64,000 nucleotides of DNA from a virus (IMGVR_UViG_3300009170_000006:3721-67720), one strand, 5' to 3'. Positions 39,268 to 48,632 are shown, counted from the stretch's first letter. The notes: generated from the letters alone by a model not told the origin. Numbers and translations are program-made.

Positions 39268-40623
39268 TTATAGACCTGCATCAGGAATTACCACACATGG
39301 TACACAAGATTCAGTTTCTAATTCAACACAGTCAACACAAGAATCTAACCAGTAACCTAAGAATTGGTCTAACAATGCATTGTCAGTTGAAGGTACTACT
39401 ATCTCTAATAAGTAACGGTCATTGTCAAATACACCAGTTGGGTTATTAAATCTTGGTACACTATGTAATAAGAAGTATCTTACATATAATGCATTTCTGT
39501 CAACAGAGTTCAAGATATCAAAACCTTGAGTGATCTCTCTAATACGTATATCAGAGTGGAAGAAGTTTTGTAAGTAAGATTCAGCTTTAATTAAATCTCT
39601 TACTACTTGCTCACCAAAGCCCATTCCTTGTAATCCTAAACAATCTGTGTAAACACAAATTCCTTCAAATACACATGGATCTCCTGTGTAATCAACCATT
39701 GAAGCATAAACCTTAATTGGTTCTTTTTCAAAGAAGTCAGTTACTTGGAAAGAACAGTTACCAAACTTAGTCTCTACAAAAGCACCATATAAACGTAAAC
39801 CTGCACATAAGCCCGGTACATGTCCTGGAGATACATAAGAATCCCACCATTGAGTAGATAAAACTGGAGTTAAAGTACCATCTAATGTAACAGTAGTTCC
39901 TGGAGCATACCAAGCAACACCTGCTTCATCAAATACTACTGGAGCAACAAATCCTTTTAAGTAGTTGTTGATTACTAAAGCTTTAGCCCATTCAATCATT
40001 ACTAAAGTTGAATCAACTGCAGTTGGAACTACACCTGAACAACATCCTGTATAAGCAGATAATGTTTGGTAAGCATTGTGATTAAGTACACGTAATACTG
40101 GAGAACCTTTAACATCAATTCTTAAGTAGTAAGTTTCACCACATAAAAATTCAAAACAACAAGTTGCATCAGTAGTACCACCTTGAAAATTGTTAGGGTC
40201 TAAACCACCAGCAGAAGTTTGAGGAGTGTTACCTACTGAAACTACAGTTTGTGTAGGAATACAAGTAGTTACTTTGTATGCACGTTGTACATACTTAGGA
40301 TTGATTACTTTAGACTTGTTAGTCTCTTTGTAACCACCATGAAAAGGACCAATTTTATCATTAGCTAATAAAGAAGAACTAGCTAAGATTAATGGACAAC
40401 ATCCATAAGTAGTTAAACTTGGGTTGATTGATTGATAATTTTTATCAAAAAATCCAAAGTAACCTGGAGATAATGTTGATAATGTAGCAGTAGTTGTACC
40501 TGCTGTACTGATAAATCCACCTGTTGAGTATGGATTAGTCACTGATTCTGGCCCAATTGCCATGTTTCTAGTTGCACCTGTTCCTAAGAACATCTTGGTA
40601 AATGCGTGATTAAAATAAGCCAT
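39268..40623 (-). CDS. Putative auxiliary capsid protein
   Basis: 451 aa; strong A-rich leader and its own terminator; ETYYLRIDVKG, GFGEQV; crAss-like synteny. Confidence 0.55.
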   Translation of the reverse strand: MAYFNHAFTKMFLGTGATRNMAIGPESVTNPYSTGGFISTAGTTTATLSTLSPGYFGFFDKNYQSINPSLTTYGCCPLILASSSLLANDKIGPFHGGYKETNKSKVINPKYVQRAYKVTTCIPTQTVVSVGNTPQTSAGGLDPNNFQGGTTDATCCFEFLCGETYYLRIDVKGSPVLRVLNHNAYQTLSAYTGCCSGVVPTAVDSTLVMIEWAKALVINNYLKGFVAPVVFDEAGVAWYAPGTTVTLDGTLTPVLSTQWWDSYVSPGHVPGLCAGLRLYGAFVETKFGNCSFQVTDFFEKEPIKVYASMVDYTGDPCVFEGICVYTDCLGLQGMGFGEQVVRDLIKAESYLQNFFHSDIRIREITQGFDILNSVDRNALYVRYFLLHSVPRFNNPTGVFDNDRYLLEIVVPSTDNALLDQFLGYWLDSCVDCVELETESCVPCVVIPDAGL

Positions 40624-40694
40624 TTTGTTTTTTGTTTTAGTTTATGAATAAAAAGTTAATACTAATATATGTAATTATTTTTGATTATACAAAT

Positions 40695-41150
40695 TTATTT
40701 TAAGAAAAGTAATTTATACTTACCTGAATTTATTGTAGACTTAATAGTATCTAAGTCATTAACAATTTCAGAATAAGGCATTTTAGCTTGTAAGCCATCT
40801 ACCATCTTAGTTATATCTCTTAAATATTCAATAGCTTCTGCTACACTGTTTAATGTTTTAGGTGCTACTTCAGTATAACTAAGTAACTTTTCTGAAGCTC
40901 CTTGAAAACTTTCAGCTAAATCATCAGCATGATCAGGTAATGCATCATACAATTCATTCAAAGCTTTATGAGCAGCATAAGATCCTGTACTAGTTATCTT
41001 TAAATGTAATTTATGAATAGATGTTGAAGCATTCAGTAATTCAGATACACAAGCTGATACCATAGAATCTAATGATCCAGTAGAAGGTGCACTGTAGCTT
41101 TTTGTAGCTGACCCACTATCTCTTTTTAAAAATCTTGATTTCTCTTCCAT
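40695..41150 (-). CDS. Ferritin/Dps-like four-helix protein (DUF5856-like)
   Basis: HKLHL...SYAAHKALNELYD...DDLAESFQG...KYKL pattern of Dps-like bundles. Confidence 0.75.
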   Translation of the reverse strand: MEEKSRFLKRDSGSATKSYSAPSTGSLDSMVSACVSELLNASTSIHKLHLKITSTGSYAAHKALNELYDALPDHADDLAESFQGASEKLLSYTEVAPKTLNSVAEAIEYLRDITKMVDGLQAKMPYSEIVNDLDTIKSTINSGKYKLLFLK

Positions 41151-41167
41151 TATTTCTTTTTTATATT

Positions 41168-41872
41168 TTAATTATTGTTTTCTACTGCTTGAGTCATTCT
41201 TTGATACTGGTTCATAGATTCAATATCTCCAGCTAATATCTTAACTGCTTCATCTACAAATAGTTCTACTAAATCATCTTTAAATTCAGATGGTACATCA
41301 ACAGTAGAAGTTATTCCTGTATAAGGATTAGCTACTCCTGCAATTTGAATATAAGTTGGTTGTCTATAATAATGCAATCTTGATTCAGTTATGTCAAATA
41401 AGTTATTAGTATATAACTGAACTTGATTATTAGAAACAGTTGCAAAAGTTTCACCCCACTCATAGCTTGGTTGCTTATTCTTATCTCTAAGAAGTTCATC
41501 CACATTGGCAACTTCACCTAGATATACAACCATAATTTTTGGAGTAGGACAACAGTTTTGAGCAGCTTTAACAGAGACTCTTTTCCACTGTAAGTAATTG
41601 GCAGGAAAGTTAGTACTCTCATAATAAGTTTGCTTGTTATTAAGAGTTAACAATGTTGAACCCAATAATATTTGCAAATCATCTATTCTTCTAGTAGACT
41701 GTTCATCACCTTCTTTACTCATATTAGTACCATGAAGATTTCTCCGGCACCAATCTACTTGACCCTTATTAAAAGCTTCAATAATCTGCCAAGCTTCTAT
41801 GTTATCATAATCGTTTGAGGCCAACTTGTTCAACCTCTGTTTCACTTTGATTAATATAGTTGAATTTAACAT
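41168..41872 (-). CDS. Tail tubular/ring protein (crAss conserved structural gene)
   Basis: 234 aa; FNKGQ, RRIDDLQIL, FPANYL, HYYRQP, ELFVDEAVKILAG. Confidence 0.7.
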   Translation of the reverse strand: MLNSTILIKVKQRLNKLASNDYDNIEAWQIIEAFNKGQVDWCRRNLHGTNMSKEGDEQSTRRIDDLQILLGSTLLTLNNKQTYYESTNFPANYLQWKRVSVKAAQNCCPTPKIMVVYLGEVANVDELLRDKNKQPSYEWGETFATVSNNQVQLYTNNLFDITESRLHYYRQPTYIQIAGVANPYTGITSTVDVPSEFKDDLVELFVDEAVKILAGDIESMNQYQRMTQAVENNN

Positions 41873-41878
41873 TTACTA

Positions 41879-42127
41879 TTATTTTTTCTTAGTTTTTACT
41901 GCACCACCTGTTTTCTTAACATCTTTTTTAACTCCAGCAAATTCTTTCTTTCCAATAAGTGGAATTTTTCTTTTACTCATATAAGAAACATCTGATGTAT
42001 CAGTTAAACCAGCTTTAGCTGCACCAGCTTGATCAGGTTTCCATTTAGCTTCTTTTCCTGCTTTTATTTTTTCAGCAGCAGTTATTATAACACCTACTTG
42101 AGCTTTTTTTAATATTTTCTTTGCCAT
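41879..42127 (-). CDS. Small Lys-rich protein
   Basis: 82 aa, MAKKILKKAQVG...KKTGGAVKTKKK. Confidence 0.65.
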   Translation of the reverse strand: MAKKILKKAQVGVIITAAEKIKAGKEAKWKPDQAGAAKAGLTDTSDVSYMSKRKIPLIGKKEFAGVKKDVKKTGGAVKTKKK

Positions 42128-42128
42128 G

Positions 42129-42299
42129 TTATTTTTTCTTTTTAGCCTTAGCTTTTGGGTTAAAAAATTCTTGCATTACTTCAACTCTAGGTTGTTTCTT
42201 TTTTTTATTATTGTCCTCTACATTTTTATTGTAGATACCAATCATCTTCTTATCAGTAGATAAGACAGATTTACCTTTTACACTTGATGTCTTTTTCAT
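42129..42299 (-). CDS. Small Lys-rich protein (not in ORF track)
   Basis: 56 aa by hand translation, MKKTSSVKGKSVLSTDKKM...NPKAKAKKKK; abuts the next start. Confidence 0.6.
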   Translation of the reverse strand: MKKTSSVKGKSVLSTDKKMIGIYNKNVEDNNKKKKQPRVEVMQEFFNPKAKAKKKK

Positions 42300-42346
42300 A
42301 GTTTTTATTTTATATTAATTTCTCCTCCTAGTACAAGTTTTAACTA

Positions 42347-42592
42347 CTAACATTTCCATTTTTTTCTTGCTAATCTTAATCTACTGTTTGGATCTTTTGC
42401 AGCTTTAGGAAACTTAGCCATTTGCCCTGCAGATCTAGCACAAAAAGATTTTTTTCTAGAACCTCCTTCAGGCTGTGGAGCTTTAAGGTTTGATCCTGGA
42501 TTAGCTTTATTATAAGAAGCTCTGCCTTTAGCATTTAAACCTCCACTAGGAGACTTACCTTCTTTTCTTGTCCAAGCTGGAGTCTTTGCCAT
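42347..42592 (-). CDS. Small basic protein, DUF6321-like
   Basis: GGLNAKGRASY...NLKAP...RKKSFCAR...DPNSRL...WKC. Confidence 0.75.
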   Translation of the reverse strand: MAKTPAWTRKEGKSPSGGLNAKGRASYNKANPGSNLKAPQPEGGSRKKSFCARSAGQMAKFPKAAKDPNSRLRLARKKWKC

Positions 42593-42741
42593 TATTTCTT
42601 AGTTTTAGCTTTAATATTTTTTTCTTGTTTAAGCATTTCTTTAGAAGGAGCTTTACCAGAACCTTTGTTGGCTCGGATATTGTCCCATAAACCTCTTTGA
42701 GAGGTGCTACCATCTTTTCTTTTAATCATCTGTTTAGCCAT
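42592..42741 (-). CDS. Small Lys-rich protein (not in ORF track)
   Basis: 49 aa, MAKQMIKRKDGSTSQRGLWDNIRANKGSGKAPSKEMLKQEKNIKAKTKK; TAATG coupling to the next gene. Confidence 0.7.
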   Translation of the reverse strand: MAKQMIKRKDGSTSQRGLWDNIRANKGSGKAPSKEMLKQEKNIKAKTKK

Positions 42742-42742
42742 A

Positions 42743-42892
42743 CTATTTCTTTTTAGCCATTTTTTTGAAAGTCATAGCCAAAGCTTTTCTCTTTGGAGTA
42801 CAAGTGGCTTTAGTCATTGGAGTACAATAACCTTTATGAGCAGGATTAACTGCTTTTTGAATCCACTTTTTGTCTTTCTTTTCAGCAGCCAT
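42743..42892 (-). CDS. Small Lys-rich protein (not in ORF track)
   Basis: 49 aa, MAAEKKDKKWIQKAVNPAHKGYCTPMTKATCTPKRKALAMTFKKMAKKK; tightly packed. Confidence 0.7.
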   Translation of the reverse strand: MAAEKKDKKWIQKAVNPAHKGYCTPMTKATCTPKRKALAMTFKKMAKKK

Positions 42893-42894
42893 TA

Positions 42895-43305
42895 CTATTT
42901 CTTTTTAGTTGAACCACCCATTTTTTTCTTAGCACCTGCAATTTTATCTGCAAATGTTACTTTATTATAAGGAGGTGCTAATTTAGCAAACTTAGAAATT
43001 GCTCCACCTTTTTTAGCAACAATAGGTCTAGTTACAGTTGGAATAACAGCCTTTTTTGAAACAGCATCTGGAGCATAAGTTCCACTTGGACCAGAAGTTC
43101 CTTTAACAGCTTTTGATGGACCAGCATAACCTGATTTACGAGTATACACAGCCTCACCTGTAGGATTTGTAATACTAGTTTTTCTGTAGTTAGGATTTTG
43201 TGCTACATCCATATTTATTTGCTTAGCTTTTATAGTGTTAGCTGGAGTTGAATCACTACCTCCATAATTTTTTTTAACTAATTTTTTTACTACTTTCTTT
43301 GCCAT
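42895..43305 (-). CDS. Small Lys-rich protein with GG motifs
   Basis: 136 aa; KNYGG, AKKGG, KKMGGSTKKK. Confidence 0.65.
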   Translation of the reverse strand: MAKKVVKKLVKKNYGGSDSTPANTIKAKQINMDVAQNPNYRKTSITNPTGEAVYTRKSGYAGPSKAVKGTSGPSGTYAPDAVSKKAVIPTVTRPIVAKKGGAISKFAKLAPPYNKVTFADKIAGAKKKMGGSTKKK

Positions 43306-43323
43306 GTTTTTATTTTTTATAGA

Positions 43324-43518
43324 TTAACACTTAGACTTTTTAGAACCACCCATTTTCATCTTCATAGGTACAGCTCTTTTTGGAGAAGTACTTTTAGGAC
43401 CTTCAAATTTAACACTTGCTTTTTTTGCAACTGTTGCAGGTTTGTTAGGTTTTTTATTACCAGTAGCTACAGTAGCTGCAGTAGCTTTAGGATTTGCAGA
43501 TTTCATTGTTCCAGCCAT
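43324..43518 (-). CDS. Small Lys/Ala-rich protein
   Basis: 64 aa, histone-H1-like composition, ends MKMGGSKKSKC. Confidence 0.65.
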   Translation of the reverse strand: MAGTMKSANPKATAATVATGNKKPNKPATVAKKASVKFEGPKSTSPKRAVPMKMKMGGSKKSKC

Positions 43519-43524
43519 GTTTTC

Positions 43525-43695
43525 TTATTTTTTTAATTTACCATTAGGTACATCACATGCAGCAATGTTCATGCCTCCAGTGTACTTTGTAGGGTTAGTT
43601 ACTACTATAGGGTATGCATTCATACCTCCTTTGTATCTTGTAGGAGTTGTTACTACTACAGGAAAAGTGTTTGCGGTTTTCATTTGTCCAGCCAT
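43525..43695 (-). CDS. Small basic protein with an internal duplication (not in ORF track)
   Basis: 56 aa, MAGQMKTANTF-PVVVTTPTRYKGGMN-AY-PIVVTNPTKYTGGMN-IAACDVPNGKLKK. Confidence 0.65.
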   Translation of the reverse strand: MAGQMKTANTFPVVVTTPTRYKGGMNAYPIVVTNPTKYTGGMNIAACDVPNGKLKK

Positions 43696-43726
43696 GATAT
43701 TTATTTTTTAGTTTTAATTATTAATA

Positions 43727-44743
43727 TTATGCATTCCAATATCTCTCAACTGTTTTAGTTAACTGTAATAGAATACTGTCATTTAAAGGATTCTTTAAAA
43801 ACTCTATACAGTCAGCTGCATTTCTTCCCATTAGTGCACTTGTCTCAGTATGGTAAATAAAACCATCAGACTTAGCAATAATGAATTTGTAATAAGTTGA
43901 ATCTTTAACCAAAGCTTTAATTTTTAATGTTTCCATATCTAAATTACAAGCATCAATAAACTGTTGTGCAGCTCTCTTGATATTTGATTCAACACCTTCT
44001 CCTCTGATATACTTATCCATGTTATCATAAACAACATCATTAGGAGTAGATTTCTTATATTGAACACTATTAGCATCTACAGCTTTTGCTACATAGAATA
44101 ACTTGTTTTGATTCTTATCAAATAACTTAGTAAGTTCAGAGACAGCTTTGTTTCTTAATTTACTAACTTCAGTTTTAGTAGAAACTGTATCAACAAATTT
44201 ATCTAAATAAAACTTAGGAGCTACTGATCTACTTCTTGCATCATCAAAACTTTTTGAGATTAAAGAGAAACCACCATTTTCAATTGCATAAATCTTAATA
44301 AGATCTAATGCATCTTTAGTAGGATCTAAGTATAATGGTTCATTACCACATCTGATAGTTAGCTTACTCCAAAAATCATCATTGTTAGGTTGTAACAAAA
44401 CAACTTTATTCCAAAAATCAGGATCTTCAGGATTAACCATATTTGCAGCTAACTCTCTTTCAAGTTCTGATACAACTTTTCTGATTTCTTTAACTTTTGC
44501 TTCTCTCTCTTCTGGATCTTTAATTAGTTTTACTTCAGGAGCAAATTCATTTAATCCTGTTAAGTATCTCTTAATTCCATTTCTTTCTATACATGCTAAT
44601 TGTTCTTCATGAAATACCCCATCAAACAAAGCCATGCCATATTTTTCAAGGCCTAGATTAGATTTGTTAGGGTCAAAGAACGGTTTAACAGATATACTGC
44701 CAGTTTTTGCTGTTTCAGCTAATGATACAATTGAATAACTCAT
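43727..44743 (-). CDS. Conserved crAss-like protein downstream of the capsid gene (putative assembly factor)
   Basis: 338 aa; RYLTGLNE, FWS, FLKNPLND; synteny. Confidence 0.6.
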   Translation of the reverse strand: MSYSIVSLAETAKTGSISVKPFFDPNKSNLGLEKYGMALFDGVFHEEQLACIERNGIKRYLTGLNEFAPEVKLIKDPEEREAKVKEIRKVVSELERELAANMVNPEDPDFWNKVVLLQPNNDDFWSKLTIRCGNEPLYLDPTKDALDLIKIYAIENGGFSLISKSFDDARSRSVAPKFYLDKFVDTVSTKTEVSKLRNKAVSELTKLFDKNQNKLFYVAKAVDANSVQYKKSTPNDVVYDNMDKYIRGEGVESNIKRAAQQFIDACNLDMETLKIKALVKDSTYYKFIIAKSDGFIYHTETSALMGRNAADCIEFLKNPLNDSILLQLTKTVERYWNA

Positions 44744-44826
44744 GTGTTGGTTTTTTTTGTTGGTTTATATTTATGTAAATGTACTATTTAAATAGTTATA
44801 TTACTATTTGTAAGATAATTATTTAT

Positions 44827-45447
44827 TTAGTATGGAAGATTAATATCAACTTTGTAAAATCTTATTTCTATAAAATTATCATTAAGTAAATCAGAAAGTA
44901 CAACAGGTGTTGCTGAAAGATCAGCTGTTTTAAGATCATAAACATAATCACTTACTTTTCTATATCCTGCTTGATACCAAGGTTGATTTAAACCTGCTGG
45001 AACAAATACAGCATTACCTGGAGTAACAAAGCTAAATAAAGTAGGATCAAAAGTAATTCTATAATGACCCGCTGCTATTATTTCAACAGATGATATAACA
45101 TCAGAAATAATACCTGCTGGATCATCCGCAATGGTTCTATAACAACCAATACAAGCTGCTTCATTACAATTATTCCAACAACCAGTTCCATCAGGTTCCT
45201 TTCCACAATAATGATTACAACTAGCACCTCCACCTGCAATAGAATATTCAAGTTGAGGATTCTCACCTGAAGAATACTTAAATTTAGCTAAAAGACCTAC
45301 ATATTGAACAGAATTATCTAAACCTCCAGATATTCTATTAACTTCATCTATTACTTGATTAACTTGTGCTATTTTTACTAAACCATTATCTCCAATTTGT
45401 TTTCTAAAGTTAAAGATTGTTTTTGTAAGAGCTGTAAATTTTTCCAT
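44827..45447 (-). CDS. Hypothetical structural (decoration-like) protein with a Cys cluster
   Basis: 206 aa directly after the MCP gene; CNHYC...CWNNC...CIGC insertion. Confidence 0.5.
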   Translation of the reverse strand: MEKFTALTKTIFNFRKQIGDNGLVKIAQVNQVIDEVNRISGGLDNSVQYVGLLAKFKYSSGENPQLEYSIAGGGASCNHYCGKEPDGTGCWNNCNEAACIGCYRTIADDPAGIISDVISSVEIIAAGHYRITFDPTLFSFVTPGNAVFVPAGLNQPWYQAGYRKVSDYVYDLKTADLSATPVVLSDLLNDNFIEIRFYKVDINLPY

Positions 45448-45484
45448 GATCTTTTTTTTTATTTTTAGTTTATAATTTAGTTAG

Positions 45485-45577
45485 TCCCATATATGAGTTG
45501 CGAGCTCAACAAAAGTCTTACACTTAATATGGGAGGAAGTACATGTGGCCAGGATGTTTATAACCCTGGCCTTGTAC
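45485..45577 (-). other. Structured intergenic RNA element downstream of the major capsid gene
   Basis: GTACA..GGCCAGG/CCTGGCC..TGTAC stem, then a TCCCATAT/ATATGGGA stem enclosing two short hairpins; no U-tract directly after either stem. Confidence 0.55.
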
Positions 45578-45585
45578 AAGTTTGA

Positions 45586-47211
45586 CTAGAATGATCCTCC
45601 AGTGATTGGGTTTCTCATTACAATCTTTAACACCTTAGTTGGATCTTTAACCCAAATAGCTGGCATTGTTTGTGTCATCATTACACGGTATCCATTGAAG
45701 TTACCATTTGATTGGAACCCTTGAGTTCTTCCCATGTAATCCATAGTACCATTTTGGTAGAACCATTTTAATTGGTTATCCCAAGATAATTTTAACATAA
45801 AGATGTTATCATTTCCTGTATCAGTGATATCAAATATAACAAATGAGTAAGAACTTAATGGGTTACCATCAATAATTGGGTTCTCAATATCATTAGTATG
45901 TAAGTTATCAAATGCTGGATTTAATACAAACTTCACATTTGCTAAGAATGGAATCACATAAGATGTGAAAGCAAATCCAAAGTTTAAGTCCATTCCTTGA
46001 CCAGAGATAGCACCAATACCATTGTTGCTTGCAGCTTGGATTACTAAACCAGAGTTAACAGCTTCACGCTTGATAGCCTCATTTACTAATCTCATACCAC
46101 CCATACCTGTTTGAACAATTAATTGTCTCTTAGGATCTGGACCTTGGAATTCAACACGACCTGCATAGAAGTTATATAATTCACTTCTGAACAATTCTAA
46201 GCTGAAACTAGATTTGTTATATACTCTCTTGTAAGAGTTATCTAACTGTTTCCATAAACCTACAGATAATCTCATATCATCTGGACCATCTTGCTTAATT
46301 CTACCACCATGACCCCACATTAAGTAAGTTTCAATGTCAGTAGCAATTTTAGTTAAGTGAGCAGATTCCATGCTAGTTAAGAAAGTTCTTGTTAAAGTAC
46401 CATTTCCTACTGCACGCTTCATGTAGTCTTTACCCATTTTAGATGCAACATCTTCAATTTTAGAAATAGAAGGATCTACATTCTTATCAAAGTTTCTCCA
46501 GATCTCAGTTACAGGAACTGTACCATCTGCATTCATTCCACCTTTTAACATTAAGTCAGCTCTTGAAGAGATTGAATAATGTACATGAGCTTCAGCACCA
46601 CCTACAAAGTTATAGAATTCACGGAACCCTGATCTAGTTTGAATATCAGAGAATCTTTCTCCATACTCACCTCTAGCAGAACCTTTTCTAAATAACTTAG
46701 TTTGAGGAACTAAATACTTGTTCTCTAAAAACTTGTAGTTATCATTGTTTACTAATTGTACAGTGTAGATAAAACCATCACCCATTGGTAAGATATCATC
46801 AGCTGTAATGTACATCTCAACACCATTGTATTTGTCATAAGTGATGATATCACCATGTCCAAATTCTCTTTTGTTGATTTTGATTTTGAAGGTTGTACCA
46901 TCAATACCTTTAGTAGCATTTCCTGACTCAATATCTTCCATGATATATGGTAAATCTTGAGATACTGGAGTTTGCCATTTGTACTCACCACGTGCATTAT
47001 CTACATTGATGATGTTCTTACCACCAAAAGATGATAATTGGTAAAGAGGCATCTCTACTTTTTGAGACATAGCCCAAATGTCCACTGGACCTAAATCCAT
47101 TGGTTCTGCATCTTTTAACATGTTTACTAAGTGGTAAGAATCCACATGAGAACTAGCTTGGTAGTTTGTATCACGTAGGAATATACCATTGTTTAATACT
47201 GGAGTTGACAT
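45586..47211 (-). CDS. Major capsid protein (crAss-like)
   Basis: 541 aa after portal and scaffold; ETYLMWG, GLWKQL, VQTGMGG, NPAFD, IWVKDPTK; very A-rich leader. Confidence 0.88.
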   Translation of the reverse strand: MSTPVLNNGIFLRDTNYQASSHVDSYHLVNMLKDAEPMDLGPVDIWAMSQKVEMPLYQLSSFGGKNIINVDNARGEYKWQTPVSQDLPYIMEDIESGNATKGIDGTTFKIKINKREFGHGDIITYDKYNGVEMYITADDILPMGDGFIYTVQLVNNDNYKFLENKYLVPQTKLFRKGSARGEYGERFSDIQTRSGFREFYNFVGGAEAHVHYSISSRADLMLKGGMNADGTVPVTEIWRNFDKNVDPSISKIEDVASKMGKDYMKRAVGNGTLTRTFLTSMESAHLTKIATDIETYLMWGHGGRIKQDGPDDMRLSVGLWKQLDNSYKRVYNKSSFSLELFRSELYNFYAGRVEFQGPDPKRQLIVQTGMGGMRLVNEAIKREAVNSGLVIQAASNNGIGAISGQGMDLNFGFAFTSYVIPFLANVKFVLNPAFDNLHTNDIENPIIDGNPLSSYSFVIFDITDTGNDNIFMLKLSWDNQLKWFYQNGTMDYMGRTQGFQSNGNFNGYRVMMTQTMPAIWVKDPTKVLKIVMRNPITGGSF

Positions 47212-47261
47212 TTTTTTTGTTTTTTTGTTTTTAGTTTATACTTATTAATTTATTTGTTTGT

Positions 47262-48536
47262 TTATCTTTTAAAGAAGCTGCCACCTGTAGGTCTTGCAAC
47301 TCCTGTTGTTTTTCTTTTTTCTTGAGAATCATGATCTTCACTTCCTACACCTGAAGTAATTTTATTACTTTGTTCAGTTTTAAGTTGTCTTACTGTTTTT
47401 TCTACAGCTTCTTTTTTCCCACCTTCTTTTACTTTACTTCTGTATCCTTCAGGATCAGATAATAACCAAAGAGCTTCACTAATCAATTCATGATTTGGTT
47501 CTGCATATTGGTACTTTTCTAGTAGATGGCCTAATAAATTTGTAGCTCTACCAGACATTGATGGATAATTAGCTTGAGTTAAACCAGCAAATAAAGTATT
47601 CTGAGTTTTCTTATCAAGTTTTAATCCATTTAATTCACCTGGTGAAAGAGCTTTATAAATATTATCTGTATACTTCTGAGCCTGAGCTTGTTGCTGTTTT
47701 CTCATTTGCTCTTGTTGCTGTATTTGTCTAGCAACAATTTGCTCCTGCATAGCATCTAACTTAGGTTTAAATTGATTAGCTTTAGCTTCTAATTTAGCTC
47801 CATCTTTATACTCTTCAATTTCAGCTTCAATTTCATCAGCATCACCAAATTGTGTAGCATGTAAATAGCTTCTAACAATTTGTTCTTGGCTAGTTTCATC
47901 TTTAGTATCTAACTCTCTAATTTCTTCTACTGCTGCTAAAGATCTAAATAAACTTTTTAGATCAGTACCACCATTAGCTACATAGTGAGCAGCTACTTGA
48001 AGTTCATTAGGTAAAGATTCAAAGAACTCAGCAGATACATCTTCTTTAGTTTTTGTAGCTTTTTCATTTGTATTAGCTTCAAATAACTCTTCAAAATCTT
48101 TAAGACTATATTTAGTTACATCTTCTTCACCATCAAAAGGAGTTAATAAACCTTTCTCAATTAACTTGTTAGTTAATTCTACTAGGCCATTATGTCTACC
48201 ACCTTTTTTAGTAGTTTCTGTAGACTCTTCAGAATTGTCATCAAGAATACTTTCAAAGTCTTCTTTGCTGATTTTTTCTTTAGGCTTACTAGTCTCTTCT
48301 GAAGTAGAAGCATCTCCTTCATCTTCAGCTTTTGAGCTGGTGTCAGATGTATTTTCATCATCATCATCATTATTGTCAAGGAACGATAAGTCTACATTCT
48401 CCTTCCTAGAAAAGAGGCTAGGCTTTTGTTCAGTTTTAGTTTGTGGTACAGTGATGTTTTCAGCACCAGGTGTACCTAACAGTTCATCAAGATTGATATC
48501 AACTTCATTAACTGTTGTGTTATCTTTGTTTGTCAT
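47262..48536 (-). CDS. Putative capsid scaffolding protein
   Basis: 424 aa; acidic disordered N-terminus and coiled coils; between portal and MCP. Confidence 0.65.
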   Translation of the reverse strand: MTNKDNTTVNEVDINLDELLGTPGAENITVPQTKTEQKPSLFSRKENVDLSFLDNNDDDDENTSDTSSKAEDEGDASTSEETSKPKEKISKEDFESILDDNSEESTETTKKGGRHNGLVELTNKLIEKGLLTPFDGEEDVTKYSLKDFEELFEANTNEKATKTKEDVSAEFFESLPNELQVAAHYVANGGTDLKSLFRSLAAVEEIRELDTKDETSQEQIVRSYLHATQFGDADEIEAEIEEYKDGAKLEAKANQFKPKLDAMQEQIVARQIQQQEQMRKQQQAQAQKYTDNIYKALSPGELNGLKLDKKTQNTLFAGLTQANYPSMSGRATNLLGHLLEKYQYAEPNHELISEALWLLSDPEGYRSKVKEGGKKEAVEKTVRQLKTEQSNKITSGVGSEDHDSQEKRKTTGVARPTGGSFFKR

Positions 48537-48607
48537 ATTGGGTTGGTTTAATATTATAATATAAGCAAATTTACAGAAATAAACTTTAAAAATTAAGATT
48601 TTTCTAC

Positions 48608-48632
48608 ACTGCCTATTAAAATAAATGGCAGT
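48608..48632. other. Small intergenic hairpin after the portal gene
   Basis: ACTGCC...GGCAGT inverted repeat. Confidence 0.35.

Noticed and set aside
42322-42329. AGGAGGAG as a Shine-Dalgarno site
   Set aside because: It lies over 20 nt from the next ATG (42299), which is too far, and no other gene uses one.
45485-45534. Hammerhead ribozyme or tRNA in the three-way junction
   Set aside because: It lacks the CUGAUGA/GAAA core on either strand, and has no T-loop or cloverleaf.
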